Assembly (NCBI RefSeq): GCF_018977255.1
Contig: NW_024704743.1
Coordinates: 65,164,001-65,228,000 of the forward strand
DNA: 64,000 nucleotides
From: Callorhinchus milii
Taxonomy: Eukaryota
Direction: 5' to 3'
The position numbers and the translations under genes were made by a program. Every line of letters begins with the position of its first letter. The stretch's first letter is position 1. Below the pieces are notes generated by a model. The model was given only the letters and a program-made list of their open reading frames with translations. It did not search any database and was not told the origin of the DNA. Shown in pieces: positions 51,713 through 64,000 of this stretch.

Positions 51713-51920
51713 GACTGTGAGCTGTATATTCAGTGTGTGAATGTGAGCTGTGTATTCAGTGTGTGACTGTGAGCTGTATATTCAGTGTGTGACTGACTGT
51801 GAGCTGTATATTCAGTGTGTGACTGACTCTGAGCTGTGTATTCAGTGTGTGACTGTGACTGTGTATTCAGTGTGTGACTGTGAGCTGTGTATTCAGTATG
51901 TGACTGACTGTGAGCTGTGT
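51713..51920 (+). repeat. Minisatellite, 26-30-bp variable unit
   Basis: Unit GACTGTGAGCTGT(A/G)TATTCAGTGTGT(GACT), about 7 copies. Confidence 0.92.
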
Positions 51921-53334
51921 TTTGACTGGGTTTGGGGCTGGGTTTCCACTCACGTTATATAAAACCTACAAGCACTCTCGCTGTAGCGGTGTTTTTGAAG
52001 ACCTAGAGTTAAATATAGTCATTTTTGCTGCACCACAAATATTTCTCACACGTGGTGACAATTGTTTCGACTGTAACATCAGAAGTTGGACATTCAAAAG
52101 AGAACAACTTTTGAATTCAGTCCAGGGCACTCCTCCCTAAGCTCTAACATTGTACTAAAATAAACACGTGCACTCACAAGAGGAAATACACTGAGTACCC
52201 AAACAAAAAGAGTGTTTTGTTAAAAAAAATCTCTTTGTGTTTCAGGGTCAGACAACTCTCGCCATCATTTCATTGCCTTTGAATATTTGCTGCAGTCCAC
52301 CCAGACTGTAGACGTTCACCTACAAATTACAGTCACAACACTTTATAGTCATTCCTGTGAAACTCTTTGAGATGTCCTCCTGACGTGAAAGGCACTATAT
52401 CAAATGCAAGGATTATTTTTATCACAAAGTGCAATTGTGCGTTATCAATGCTCTCAACTGCAAGCTTTGCAGTTTTAGCAGTTTAAAATCCAGCAGTACC
52501 CCAATACATATTCTGGGGTCTCTTTCAAAAGGTCTCTGTTCTATAACTACTTACGTTGCTATTTTTTGATGAGACTCGTCCACTCTTAAACAGGCTAGAG
52601 GTCATTCAGCTTTGAATGAACATTTTACGCTGCTTTCACAAAACATGTAACCAGAACGAGCTTGAACCACCAGCTTCCCACTAAACTCTTTCTGTTATCA
52701 ACATCATTTGCTGTTTACTGTAAAGACCTGGCTAGCAGCATGTTAGGTAACAATAACAGGGTCATGCTAAAAGACATCCAGAACAATCAGTGTCCTTCAA
52801 TGCTGTAAGTCACTGTGTAACTCCGATACCCTACCCAGCGTGAAAGGTCCTATGTAAATGCAAGTTATTGTTGTTTCATATCAAGATCCAGCGCTCACTT
52901 GGTATTGTTCACTACACCTTACTAATGTGATCAGTGTAGACATGTAGTTCAACACAATGAAATGCATGTGGTGGAACCTCTAAAAAGCTTCTTCATATGT
53001 ACCCATCTTTCAGAACTGCACTTTCCTAAGGTCAAAGTACAATATCACACAACATACAGTAAAAAAGATAGAAAGCTCCTTATAGCTTCACAACTAGGGT
53101 AGGGAAGAACTGCAAGACTTCAATCCTGCCTACTCTCCTCTTCTTGCACTCCACAAGCATAAAGGTGAAAAATACCATTGCTCTTCCAAGCCCCACAACC
53201 TGCCTTATTCCAATATTATTAATATTCCGATAGTATTCCAATATCTAATGAACAATTTGACTCCCTCCATTCATTCAGAACACCTATGACTTGCCAGTAA
53301 GTAATATCATCCTTATATATAGCACTGTATAATA

Positions 53335-54110
53335 TCAACAATCACAACAAAATTACATTTGTATAGCGCCTTTCATGTCGGAAGGACATCCCAAGACGCT
53401 AGATAATCAGTGTTTTGGAACCGAGCTGGGGGTCAGGAGCAGGGAGGGTGGAGGGTGGGGGGGGAAGTAGGGTAATTGAAGGTACAGTCAAGAAGGAGGG
53501 TCTTGAGATGGGTCTTGAAGGAGGCAAGAGTGAGGTAGAGGGTCTGCGGGATGGAGTTCCAGAGGGTGGGAGCAGAGTGGCAAAGGCCTGCTCCAGCAAT
53601 GGGTGAGGCAGGGATGTGAAGCAGGTCAGAGCCCGCTGAACAGAGGGAGCGGGCAGGATGGTAGGGGGTTAGGAGGTTGCTGAGTTAGAGGGGAACAAGG
53701 CCATAGAGAGCTTTGAAAGTGAGGACCAGGATCTTGAACTGTACGCTCTGTGTGATGGGAAGCCGTGGAGTCGGGCGAGGATGGGGGTGATATGGTCACA
53801 GAGCCTGATGCGGGAGAGGACACGGGCTGCAGATTTCTGGATGATCTGCAGCCTATGGCGCAAGGAGTTGGGGAGACTGACAAACAGGGAGTTTGCATAG
53901 TCAAACCTCGATGATATGAACGCATGTATGAGTGTTTCGGCAGCCTGCAGTGTGAGACAGCGGTGGTGCCGGGCGATGTTGTAGATGTGCGGGAAGGCAG
54001 AGCGGGTCATGGCATGGATGTCGGGTAGAAAGGATAATTGAGGGTCAAACAAGACACTAAGAAGGTTTCGAACCAGCTCAGTGAGGTGGAGTGTGCATCC
54101 TTGGATAGTA
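53335..54110 (-). mobile_element. L2 LINE 3' fragment
   Basis: FDPQLSFLPDI, ETLIHAFISSRFDYANSL and HITPILARLH; L2 tail. Confidence 0.92.
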
Positions 54111-54499
54111 ATGCAGGGCCTTCTTGGAGCTGAACGGGCTCCCCCACACCCTACCACCCAACTTGTTGGGCATCTGACATCCGACAAGCGCAGTTTGATT
54201 CTTCACTAGGTGGATGATAGATATCAGATTCCTGGTGGTCAACACAGCTCAGCATGAAATGCACGAGATCGTGACCACCATCTTCCTTCACACAGCACGG
54301 ACACACATCCCTTCACATTGAGCCATGAGTTTACCATTTGGAAGTGTGGAGTGTGAGCAGAAGCTGCTTCCCTCTTCAAGCCAACCAAGGTAGATTCCAA
54401 GCCATGGATATGGTAATGTATTAGGGCACCTTCTCCTTACCCCACCCGCCCCCCCCCCCCCCCCCCCCCATCCCACCGACCGGCCAGCGGACTGACCCT

Positions 54500-54775
54500 G
54501 TCTCACCTACTCTCTGATCGGCCACTTCTAGTCTCGGCGTGCAACTTTTGGCTGTTGCCCCTGACATGAAGAGCTGCCATCCCTCAAAATGCCCCTTCTC
54601 CTGTCCCCTACTCTCCATAACTCCCTTTTCAACTGTGCCTTTGGTCATCTTTCCTCCTCCAGCCCCTTATGATCCCAACCCACAGCTTGGTTACAAACCC
54701 CTCATAGTCCAGCACCTAGGGACGTCCTCCCAACATGAAAGGCGCTATATAAATGCAATTTGTAGTTGTTGTTGA
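54500..54775 (+). mobile_element. L2 3' end, tail type 1
   Basis: tccagcacctagggacgtcctcccaacatgaaaggcgctatataaatgcaatttgtagttgttgttg. Confidence 0.75.
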
Positions 54776-55593
54776 ATTATGAGAGTTGCAACACTTGGAG
54801 CATCACTGCACTGGGCTAGCACAATGAGTGTTGCTGATAGCGGACACCTGGCATTTTCATAGCATAAACCCAGCAATTCAGAGCCATCTAAACCACAGAC
54901 AAAAGAGTGTCGACATGACCATGACTCCTCATTGTCCTTCTACTGTAAAAAAATTCTAAACTTGACAGCACAACGTGCGATCATTTATACGATGTATTAA
55001 TAATCTCAGTCACGAGGTGGCATTGTTTGGAAGTCAGATGCTTCCCCACAAGAAGATTAGAAAATGAAAGAGACAAAGAAAGAGACAGATATTGATAGAG
55101 AGAAACAGAAATCGTGTGTGTTTGAGAGAGAGGGAGAGAGAGACACACACACACACATAGAACAGCTGTTTCAGAAATGTATCAGGAGATGATGTGTTGT
55201 GTGAGGAGTCCCAAGGAAAAGAGAAAAAAATGTTTTCAAGAATCTGGAGCCTCACACTCAAAACATTTCATTAACGCCACTTGTGTGGCTCGGCTGATTG
55301 AAGCGGAAGGAGAAGGTTAGGAGATTGTAACTAAAAGCAGGAAGAACACTGTGTATTAACAATCCAAGATGCTGACAATAAATAAAGTACTACAATACCT
55401 GTATATTCACATGGCAGTCCACCAAATATAACAAGATGTGCCAAACAGGATGCTCACTGTGTAACAACACAATACCATTTTTATCCCTTCAGCTGTTTTT
55501 TGCAGCTTTTAACATTTCTTGAGTTAAAGGGTTGTGAGAATGTGGAATGCACAGCCCAGAAGATTGTAATTGCAGAAATTGATTATTATATTT

Positions 55594-55900
55594 ATAATAA
55601 TAATAATCCTTGCATTTAATACAGTACCATTCACGTTGGGAGGGCATCTCATAGTGCTTCACATAATTTACTGTAAAGTTTTCCCACAAAATACACAGAC
55701 ACTCCACTTTGCAGTGCATCCTGTGAAACACTTTGAGATGTCCTCCCGATGTGAAATCTGCTTTATCCAATGTAAGATCATTATTAAAAGTAGTGAATGT
55801 GTATTTTGTAGGCAAATATAGCAACCAACTTGCAGACAGCAAAGTCCTGCAAACAGCCATGAAGTGAATGAAGATTTTATCTGGGGGATTGTTAGTGGGA
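55594..55900 (-). mobile_element. Old SINE with an opposite-strand SINE tail inserted at 55680-55786
   Basis: AAAGT at 55675-55679 and 55787-55791; the host resumes after the insert. Confidence 0.7.
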
Positions 55901-56521
55901 GATAAAGCAGATAGACGTAAAGCCAAGATAATCAGAAAGAACTTGCATTTTTATAACACCTCACCATGTTACAGCATTTCAAAGCACTTCACTTACGAAA
56001 AACGTCATGTAAACAATCAGGCGAGCAGAAATAATAGTTTAAAATATTTAATATAAATTCCTTTTTGAAGTCTTAATTTTTTATTAAGAGTTAATCTTCC
56101 TGTTAAGTTAGTGGCTGTTTTACTGGAATACTTTTGTTTCAGCAGCACAGTGAGTGAGCTGTAATTTTTTAACCAGAATGAGTCCTTAACCTTTCTTTGC
56201 TGGATAACATTCAGTGGCTGATGTTTCAACTAGAAACAGTAGGTCTTTCTCAAGGTCTTTCGCGTGGTGTACAGAATGGGTATCAGTATCATGATCCGGG
56301 TTTATGACATACTCCAATTTTATGCCATTTTCATGCGACTTTAAAGGATACTTTAAGATACTAGCACACTAGGGGAGGGGAGGCTCCTCTCACTGGGACT
56401 ATGCACATGTTGTAGTGTCACTTTCAAGGTTTTATTATTAAAATCTGCAGAACTCCAAACTCTTTAATAATGTTAAACATTAACCACAACTCAGTACATA
56501 AGAGGCAGCCTTGGAACTCTG

Positions 56522-56651
56522 CACACAACACAGTCTCAGATCTCCCTACACAACACACAGTCTCAGATCTCCCTACACAACACACAGTCTCAGATCTCCC
56601 TACACAACACACAGTCTCAGATCTCCCTACACAATACACAGTCTCAGAGCT
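56522..56651 (+). repeat. 27-bp minisatellite, about 4.7 copies
   Basis: Unit ACACAACACACAGTCTCAGATCTCCCT. Confidence 0.95.
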
Positions 56652-56861
56652 CGGCTCTGCTCTGAGCAAGAATGGTGCAAATTCAATCTCACAGGTCACA
56701 TCCTTTTCCTGCATAGACCGTTACAATCACGATGGACATGGGGAGCAGTGCAATGGACAGCAATGAGACATGGGGAGGGAAGGGGGGAGAGAGGCAGGAA
56801 CCAATCGGAGAAGCGAAGAAAGGAGAAAGCTCTGAGACTGTGTATTGTGTACAGAGATCTG

Positions 56862-57130
56862 AGACCGTATGCATAGTCGATGAGAAAAGTTTTCAGCCAT
56901 GACTTGACAAAGGGGAGAGAGGGGGTAAGGTGGAGGGATTGAGGGAGAGTGTTCCAGAGTTTCAGGGCGTAGTGGCTGAAAGCGCGACCTCCGATGGTGG
57001 GGCGGAGGGTGCAAGGGATGAACAGGAGGCAAGTGCCACTCGACCGGATGTGCCAGGTGGTGGATTGGGGAGTGAGGAGGTCAGAGAGGTGGGGAGGTGC
57101 CAGAGAGTGAAGGAATTTGAACACAAGAGT
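56862..57130 (-). mobile_element. L2 3' fragment lacking its terminal tail
   Basis: FKFLHSLAPPHLSDLL...PTIGGRAFSHYALKLWNTLP...KSWLKTFL. Confidence 0.85.
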
Positions 57131-58224
57131 GAGGATAAAAAGGTAAAGGAGAGGGAATACAAGAAGAATGAAGGGAAGGGAGGAGAGCAGGGAGATAGAG
57201 TGAGTTAAAGAGGAGAAAGGGAGAGAGAAATTATTCTACTGTTGGAAATAATGCCATGCCAAAACAAAAACTGCTGAAATAGTAATGTGTCAGTAAAAAC
57301 AAAAACACTGCTTTATGTAAGCAAAATAAATAATCACTGTTAGCATTTACCACACCGCTAACAGGGATTGTTTGTGGAATGAAGTAGCAGTGAAGGCTGA
57401 AAATAAATGAAGTTTATACAAAAATAAGGTGAAGGGGAAACATCAGCTCAAGGTTTTTAAACTCAGGATAAGAAATAAGAAATGTACTTCCTCAACAGGA
57501 ATTTGACACAGGAAAAAGAAACTTTGAATTGAGAAATATGCCCAATTTTTTGGATAAAGCAACTGAAAGTTAAAAGGATTTATTCTGCAATAACGCACGA
57601 GGCCAAGATAACAGCCCCAATGCGTTTCACTGCAAGATTCCTTTTAAAAAAGGAAAAATATGAGAAGTCAATTGCAGATTTAAACACAAACAGCGAGAGA
57701 GAGCGAGAGAGAGAGAGAAAGAGGAGGGTGAAATGCTTTCTCCCCCCAAAATCACTACAATTAAATAATTATTGTGAGCAAAATGCAGCTAAGTTAATAA
57801 AAGAATGGGGGTGGGGGGTTGGGGGGGACGTGCAAGCCTGCACGTGCGAATAACACAGAGGAATCTGTTCTCTAATCATTCACAACTAAGCTGGTGAAAC
57901 TCTTTGAATAAGCAGCTGCACAGTCACATGGTACATCTGACACTTTGCCAGCACAACGGTCCACTTCCAACCAACCTCCTGTCCATGTACCATTTTTGGC
58001 TGGGGATGGGGGGGGGGGGGGAACAGGTCAAAAATTCCAGTGGTGCAAAGTTTAATATCCAGAGTCTAATACCAATATTTTTCTTTCAGCAAACACACAC
58101 ACACTCCCTCCGAATGGTGAATGGCTTCACAGATTCAGATCGAGAAAATACAACAGTACAGTACTTTTTTTGACAGCAAGAGCCAGGAGCAGAAAAATCT
58201 TATTCTGGACAACTGCATTTACAC

Positions 58225-58440
58225 AGGCCCGGCATCAGATCTGGAGCAGTTGCACAGATAGATTTTACTGCAGAGAAATGTAAGGTAATGCAGATTGGAA
58301 CAAGAAACAGTAAACATGTGCACAAAATGAAAGGGTATGTGTGTATCCATTAGCAGGGATGATGGAGTAAAATGTTTTGGGTGGGATTACTGATCATTCA
58401 CTGAAGATTTTCAGTCAAGTCAGTGTTGTGATCAAGCATT
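58225..58440 (+). mobile_element. CR1 RT remnant
   Basis: QIDFTAEKCKVMQIG resembles CR1 QMxFNxxKCxVMHxG; followed by a degraded LGV...D..L segment. Confidence 0.55.
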
Positions 58441-58489
58441 TAATTTGCATTGTATTCAACGGAAATGAAATGCTTGGTTGAAACTTACA

Positions 58490-58775
58490 GTAATAACAAT
58501 AATAGTAATCCTTGTATTTGAAAAAACTCTTTTAAATTCTGGAGGACTTTTCAAAGTGCTTCATAGGATTTACTGTACAGTATAGCGACTGAGTATTTTG
58601 TAGGTGGATGCCACAGCAAATATCCCACAAATAGTCTTGAAGTTAATGACTAATTTTATTTGGGAGGATTGTTGGGCAGGACACGAAAAGAAACTAATTT
58701 CACTTTTCAAATACTACCATACGATTTTTAACGAGCACCTGAACAGGCTGAGGGGACCTCGGTTTGATGTCTCAA
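58490..58775 (-). mobile_element. DeuSINE fragment
   Basis: Reverse tail plus cacctgaacaggctgaggggacctcggtttgatgtctca. Confidence 0.72.
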
Positions 58776-58850
58776 CGCTGGTGCAATGTGGAGGGTTAAC
58801 GTATTTTTGATTGCTAAAAATAGCAGCTTCTTACCAATGAGATCAGTGCA

Positions 58851-59082
58851 GGAGCCTTGTAGCTCAGTGGTTAGAGCACTCGCCTCGCAAGCGAGAGACC
58901 TGGGTTAGATTCCCGGCAGGGTGAAATCTTGGGCACATTTCCTTACTCCACGCGCCTGATAATAATTCATCAAGAAAACAAACAATAATAAATTGGTCGC
59001 TTCAATCTACGACTGTTTGTGGGATCTTGCTGTGTGCAATTGGCTGCCATGTTTCTCCCACAAAATATAAAGTCAATTCACT
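58851..59082 (+). mobile_element. tRNA-Ala SINE (CGC anticodon loop), 3'-truncated
   Basis: GGAGCCTTGTAGCTCAGTGGTTAGAGCACTCGCCTCGCAAGCGAG; stops at cagtcaattcac-like motif without a tail. Confidence 0.88.
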
Positions 59083-59099
59083 CAAAGCTGAAGAGTCTT

Positions 59100-59352
59100 T
59101 GGTAAGCAGCTGGAAGCCTGCCAGATAGTGCTTTCAATGGCAAGCTATGTGGTTTTGGATGGTTAAACTCCAGCAGTATCCCAACGCACACTCTGGGGTC
59201 CTCAAGCCTTAGCTCTGGCCAACCTGCGCCTTATACTCTCTGGAATTAGGGAATGCAAATTCCACTCCAGATAAAGAAATTTCCAGGCTGGTTTGGATAC
59301 TCTTAAGCACGTATGGTTACTGCATGTGGCAGATATCCAGCTGCCCCAAAAC
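59100..59352 (-). repeat. Family X, 5' part
   Basis: ctttcaatggcaagctatgtggtttt...ctccagcagtatcccaacgcacactctggggtcc...ggtttggatact. Confidence 0.72.
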
Positions 59353-59374
59353 AAACTTTTATGTCCATTATAAT

Positions 59375-59772
59375 ATAGCTTGAGTTAGAAGGTTGTGGAT
59401 TCAAGCCACACATCAGGACTTGGACCTCACAGGCTAAGCTGATGTTACACTGCAGTGCTGAGAGTGCACTGCACTGTTGGGAGTTGCCATTCTTCAGATA
59501 ATGATAAACTGAGCCTGTTCTGCCCATTAAAGTGTACATTAATGATCCCAAAACACTATTCAAAAAGAGAAGGGAGTTTCTGTCAACAGTTCCCCAAATA
59601 AAATTGCTTATTCACTGCATGGCTGTGGAACATTGTTGTGGACAAATTGGCTGCTGTGTTCACCAGCAAAATTACCCAGTCTCTACACTTTATAGAGTAA
59701 ATCCTGTGAACTCCATTGAGACGTCTCAATGACATAAGGGGTTATATGAAATATAAGGATTATTAATTATTA
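59375..59772 (+). mobile_element. DeuSINE
   Basis: tgagttagaaggttgtggattcaagcc head part, decayed Deu domain, tail aaggattatta. Confidence 0.7.
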
Positions 59773-59874
59773 TGTAGGTTGTACCATATTTCTCTGTGTA
59801 TGCGTTGTACCACACGTTTCCTGAATATTTTATACACTTCACCCATATATATGTTGTTCCACACTTTCCCTATA

Positions 59875-60470
59875 TGTACCTCACAACCAACACAACCGAA
59901 ACCCTTGTCCACGCCTTTGTTACTTCCCGGCTGGACTATTCCAATGCCCTCCTCGCTGGCCTCCCCAGCTCCACCAAACACAAAATTCAATTAATTCAAA
60001 ACTCCGCTGCCCAGATACTCACCCACACAAAACTCTGTACCCCATCACACCAGCCCTTGCCAGGTTCCACTGGCTCCCAATTACCGAAAAGATTGATTTC
60101 AAGACGCTCTCACTTGTTTTCAAATCCCTTCATGCCCTCACACCTCTCTACCTATCTGACCCGCTTACCCCACCACTCCACCACCCGCTGCCTCCACTCG
60201 GCTGGCTGTGGCCTCCTATTTGTCCGTCATGCCCATCGGTGGCCGTGCCTTCAGCTACTATGCCCTGAAATTCTGGAACTCTCTCCCTCAATCCCTCCGC
60301 TTTGTCCCCTCTCTCCCCACCTTCAAACCCCACCTTGATTTTTGATCATGCTTACGGTCATCTCCCCCCTCCCTCTCCCCTTGGCTCGTTGTCACACTCC
60401 GCCACTGTGAAGCGATCCAAGACACTACCCTGCGTGAAGGGCTCTGTATAAATACAAGTTATTATTATTG
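59875..60470 (+). mobile_element. L2 3' fragment (type-2 tail) flanked by degenerate tandem repeat
   Basis: ETLVHAFVTSRLDYSNALLAGLP...IQNSAA; tgtaccacactttccct-like units on both sides (59778-59878, 60468-60556). Confidence 0.88.
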
Positions 60471-61358
60471 TACACTTCCCCAGTATGTACATTGCCCTAC
60501 ACTTCTCCTGTGCATACATGGTGCCACACTTTCCCTGTGTGTAAATTGTACCACACCCAAGCAAGTGGGTTGGCAAATGGCCTCTGATAATATACAATAT
60601 GCTGAGTGGACAGCCTCTCAATAATCAACTGACGATTATTTTTCTCGGAGCCTTAACTGATGACATTCCAAATCCTTTTTAATACTTTTCAGTGAATGTC
60701 AGGCCACAAAAAAATGAATTGGGATCCAGTCAAAGACTTTAAAAATATTTTTTACTGCTCTTTAAATAGATCCTAACTACCAGCACAAACAAGTTCACAG
60801 CTTCCTTTCCTTACACAATATCCAAACATGAGAATAGGTCTAAAAACGGTGTGATTTACAAACTTATTTCAATACTGCAATGCAGTCTCAAATGTTAAAT
60901 AACAGTCACAGCCTTGCAAGCTTTCCTGTCAGTTCGCAATGGCAAACCACTGTGGTTAAATTATATCCTTGCAATCTCTCCCACATATTTTCACATAACT
61001 CTACAATCCTTATATTTTATTTCCTAGCAAACCGCTTTAGAAGGTCATTCTACCACAGTGCCTAGAATATTACTTTAAAAGATCATAGACACCGGCATTT
61101 ACTACAACAACAACAAAATTACATTTATAAAGCGCCTTTCATGCCGGGAGGACATCCCAAAGCGCTGGAAGGTGTAGCGGGCGTGGAAGGCGCTATATAA
61201 ATACTATACATTGTTTCTGTCTGCACGCCTCTCCCCTAAGGTATATATCAGAGAAACTGGTTCTAATTATGAAAATGCAATTTGAATACCAATCCCATGA
61301 TTTACAAGCCACTCATAACAATATTTTAATTCTCTAAAGACTGAAACTGAAGCAGGAT

Positions 61359-61703
61359 GTCAGTCTGATTCAGTTGGTAGCACTCTTGTCTGAGTCAGAT
61401 GGTTGTGAGTTGAAGCCCCACATCGGGACTTTAAGGTCACATAGTTGAAGATGACCCGATAATGCAGTGCTGGGGAGAACTGCATTGTTGAAGATACCAT
61501 CCTTTAGATGAGAAGTTAAACCGCGATCCCGTCTGCCTGTTTAGGGGGATGTTAAATAACCCAATGCACTATTCGAAAAGAGAAGGGAGTTTCTCCCAAT
61601 ATCCTGGCCAACAATCCCCAAAATAGTTAGTCATTCACTTCATGGCTGTTTTGGGGATATTGCTGTGCATAAAACTGGCTGCTACATAAAATGCAAGGAT
61701 TAC
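61359..61703 (+). mobile_element. DeuSINE
   Basis: Head gtcagtctgattcagttggtagcactcttg; Deu domain agatgagaagttaaaccg...cccgtctgcctgttt. Confidence 0.8.
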
Positions 61704-64000
61704 TTATTTTTACATGTAGCCATGAAAATTTCCTGAAACTCCATCACAACAGGCAGCACCAAGAACCAAATTTAGGAAAGTTACTGAAAACAAAGCAGAA
61801 ACATTACAGAAAACGCAAGAGGGCACCATTCAGCAGCACAAGACATGCTGATTTTTCCCACTCTCCTCCAGTTTCAATTTTCATAATTATAAGAACTTGG
61901 CGATACTCAATAGAATCATTTTGAAACCATTGAGGCGCAAGTTGCCATTGCACAAGCTCGTCCCATGGTGCAGCTTTCAAATAAGCACCTCATAAACAAA
62001 TAGTTGAATGGTACAGGTCAATTCTTGCCTGGCTTAACAATGAGCATGATGAATGATGTGACTGGTGCTTTAAAAGGAACTGGGCACCATACTAGTGTTT
62101 TATAGATAAGGGGTAATGTCTGAAAGTGTCACGTAGTAACATGTATGCTTGACTGCTACGTTAAGAATTGAACAGGTTATTCCCTTTTAATGGAACTGTT
62201 CATCCTTCTCATTCGACATGAGAGTACGACCATTTGCCATAGTTCTGGAATTAGAAATACTGTAATAAATCTCTAGATACAACCGGGATTGAAGTTTATA
62301 GACGTAGCCCACCAAACACCTGTGAAGCACTATACTTTCTGCCTCTGTGCTGCTGAGCAGTTGCCTACAACTAGTCAAGGTTGAGCGAAGTAGATCGCAA
62401 TGTTACATTGATTACCACAGAATCCTACTCATTTTATCGCATTATCTGAAGGAGAAATTTACTGAACTTACGGCATTTCCTCAAAGATATCTGATAAGAT
62501 GGGTGGAGGTTAGGTTGTGGTAAATTCCAGATGATCTGAGGAAGAATGAGCTTGACGAGCTAATTGGCCTTTCCTCATTCCAAACATGCTTGCTATTGAG
62601 AAGCCACATTGTGGGTTTACAGCAGTATCGAGCAATTTGGCCAGGAGGTAAAAAGGAAGAGCTAAAATTATTACTAACCAATTTAAAAAAATCCTAATAC
62701 AGTATACACATGTAATGCACTTCCCTACATTACATGTGTATACTGTCAATGACCTGCAATAAGAATGATTTTTAATTTTTTTTTATTAATAACTGCCACT
62801 TTGGCTCTAATGATGCAACAGTGTGGAGTAGGACATCAGAATTGCATGTGGTTTTAGCTTTAAAACTTTTATAATCCTAAAACTTCAGGTAGCGCAAAAT
62901 GTTGGCAATTCCTCGAGTCGATCTTAATTTGTTTTTTTTTGGACTTCTTAAAAGGAACTGAACTAAAACGCTTTGAGACGTCCTCCTGACTTAAAAAGTG
63001 CTGCTGTATATAAATATAAATTGTCTTGTAAAGGGGTTCAAAATTAACATGAATAGTGTGTAAGAATTTGCCAAAATTCTGAATGCTCTGAAATTTGAAA
63101 ACAAAAGTTTTCAAGCTAGAACTATATAGTTTGTCGGCCCTACAATTTGGGGCTTTAATCATTGCCCCTCACCACCACTATTGACAACGTCTTGCATTTA
63201 TATAGCGCCTTCATGCAGAGTAGTGTTTCAGAACCAAGCCAGAGAGAGGGGAGAATTTCAAATGGATTTCATGTATTTTTTGTTAACATTGCAAGGTGGC
63301 AACCACAATATGTGGCATACATCAAGCAAACTACTCTTCAACAATAGTTTACTGAGCTCCAAACAACCATGACACCCGACTACATTCCCACTAACCCTGT
63401 GGGAATGTACATTAGACGATCTGACTTCCCTATTTAATACCTTTTTGATACACAACTTTTTAATTGGTATGAATTAGGCCAATATTAATAGAGGGGAAAA
63501 TACTACACCTAAATTACAAAGACATTTGAAAAGGCAACTTTCAATTTTTTAAAAATAAATTGCTTTTTCTTAATTTATTACTTTAAAGCAGCAGAACTGC
63601 CAAAAATAAAAGCTGAGTTCTGCACCCCCACGGCCAGTCTACTACAGTGTCAACATTATAATTAAACTTCTAATTTCAAATCATTGTAAATATCTGTCAA
63701 CTGCCAAATTACAGTGGGTGATTTAAACTTGATCTGTGTAGAACATTATAAATACCCGAGTGTAGCATTCCAGAAGCCACAAGTCAAATATATATAACCC
63801 CCTTTTTAAAGCTTCACACGCCAGATAACTTAGCACAACACATGTGTTATTAAAATCTTTCCCTTTGCCCTCACAAGGATAAACATTAGTTTAAAAAACT
63901 GCCTGTTTGTTGGAAAAGCTTCCTTTTAGGTAAAACCTCAATATAAACACCCAAACCCATCTTTCTTTCAAAAATAAATAATGGTTTTCCCCGCCCCAAC

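Noticed and set aside
56424..56876. Repeat-containing ORFs over the 27-bp minisatellite
   Set aside because: Open frames are a by-product of a stop-free 27-bp unit; no splice signals or protein similarity.
1072..60470. Sense-strand bias of L2 insertions within COBL
   Set aside because: The longest copies are on the minus strand, but overall counts on the two strands are similar and too few to test.

Overview
Vertebrate, TE-rich intronic DNA. The repeat content (tRNA-Ala SINE, SacSINE1-like DeuSINEs, L2, CR1, Penelope) suggests a cartilaginous fish, probably a chimaera/elephant-shark relative; this is inference. The only firm host-gene element is a 195-bp phase-2/phase-2 coding exon of cordon-bleu (COBL) on the minus strand (3683-3877). 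Most of the window is therefore COBL upstream intron, with one in-frame candidate alternative first exon (11138-11190) and one candidate non-coding first exon (donor at 18433). Nearly all ORFs in the supplied track are decayed TE sequence. Best leads: (1) a TIR-bounded hAT relic encoding an intron-containing CGGBP1-like transposase N-terminus (46365-47837) and its internally deleted derivative, in which one 34-bp unit has expanded to about 8 copies (24300-24994); (2) a putative solo LTR with a SINE wedged against its TSD; (3) a TSD-bounded Penelope insertion with an inverted pLTR and a hammerhead-like core; (4) an unclassified repeat family of up to about 0.9 kb that may end in an L2 tail; (5) nested SINEs forming long inverted repeats. 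No CRISPR, rRNA or genuine tRNA genes were seen. Repeat boundaries are approximate unless a TSD or TIR is given.
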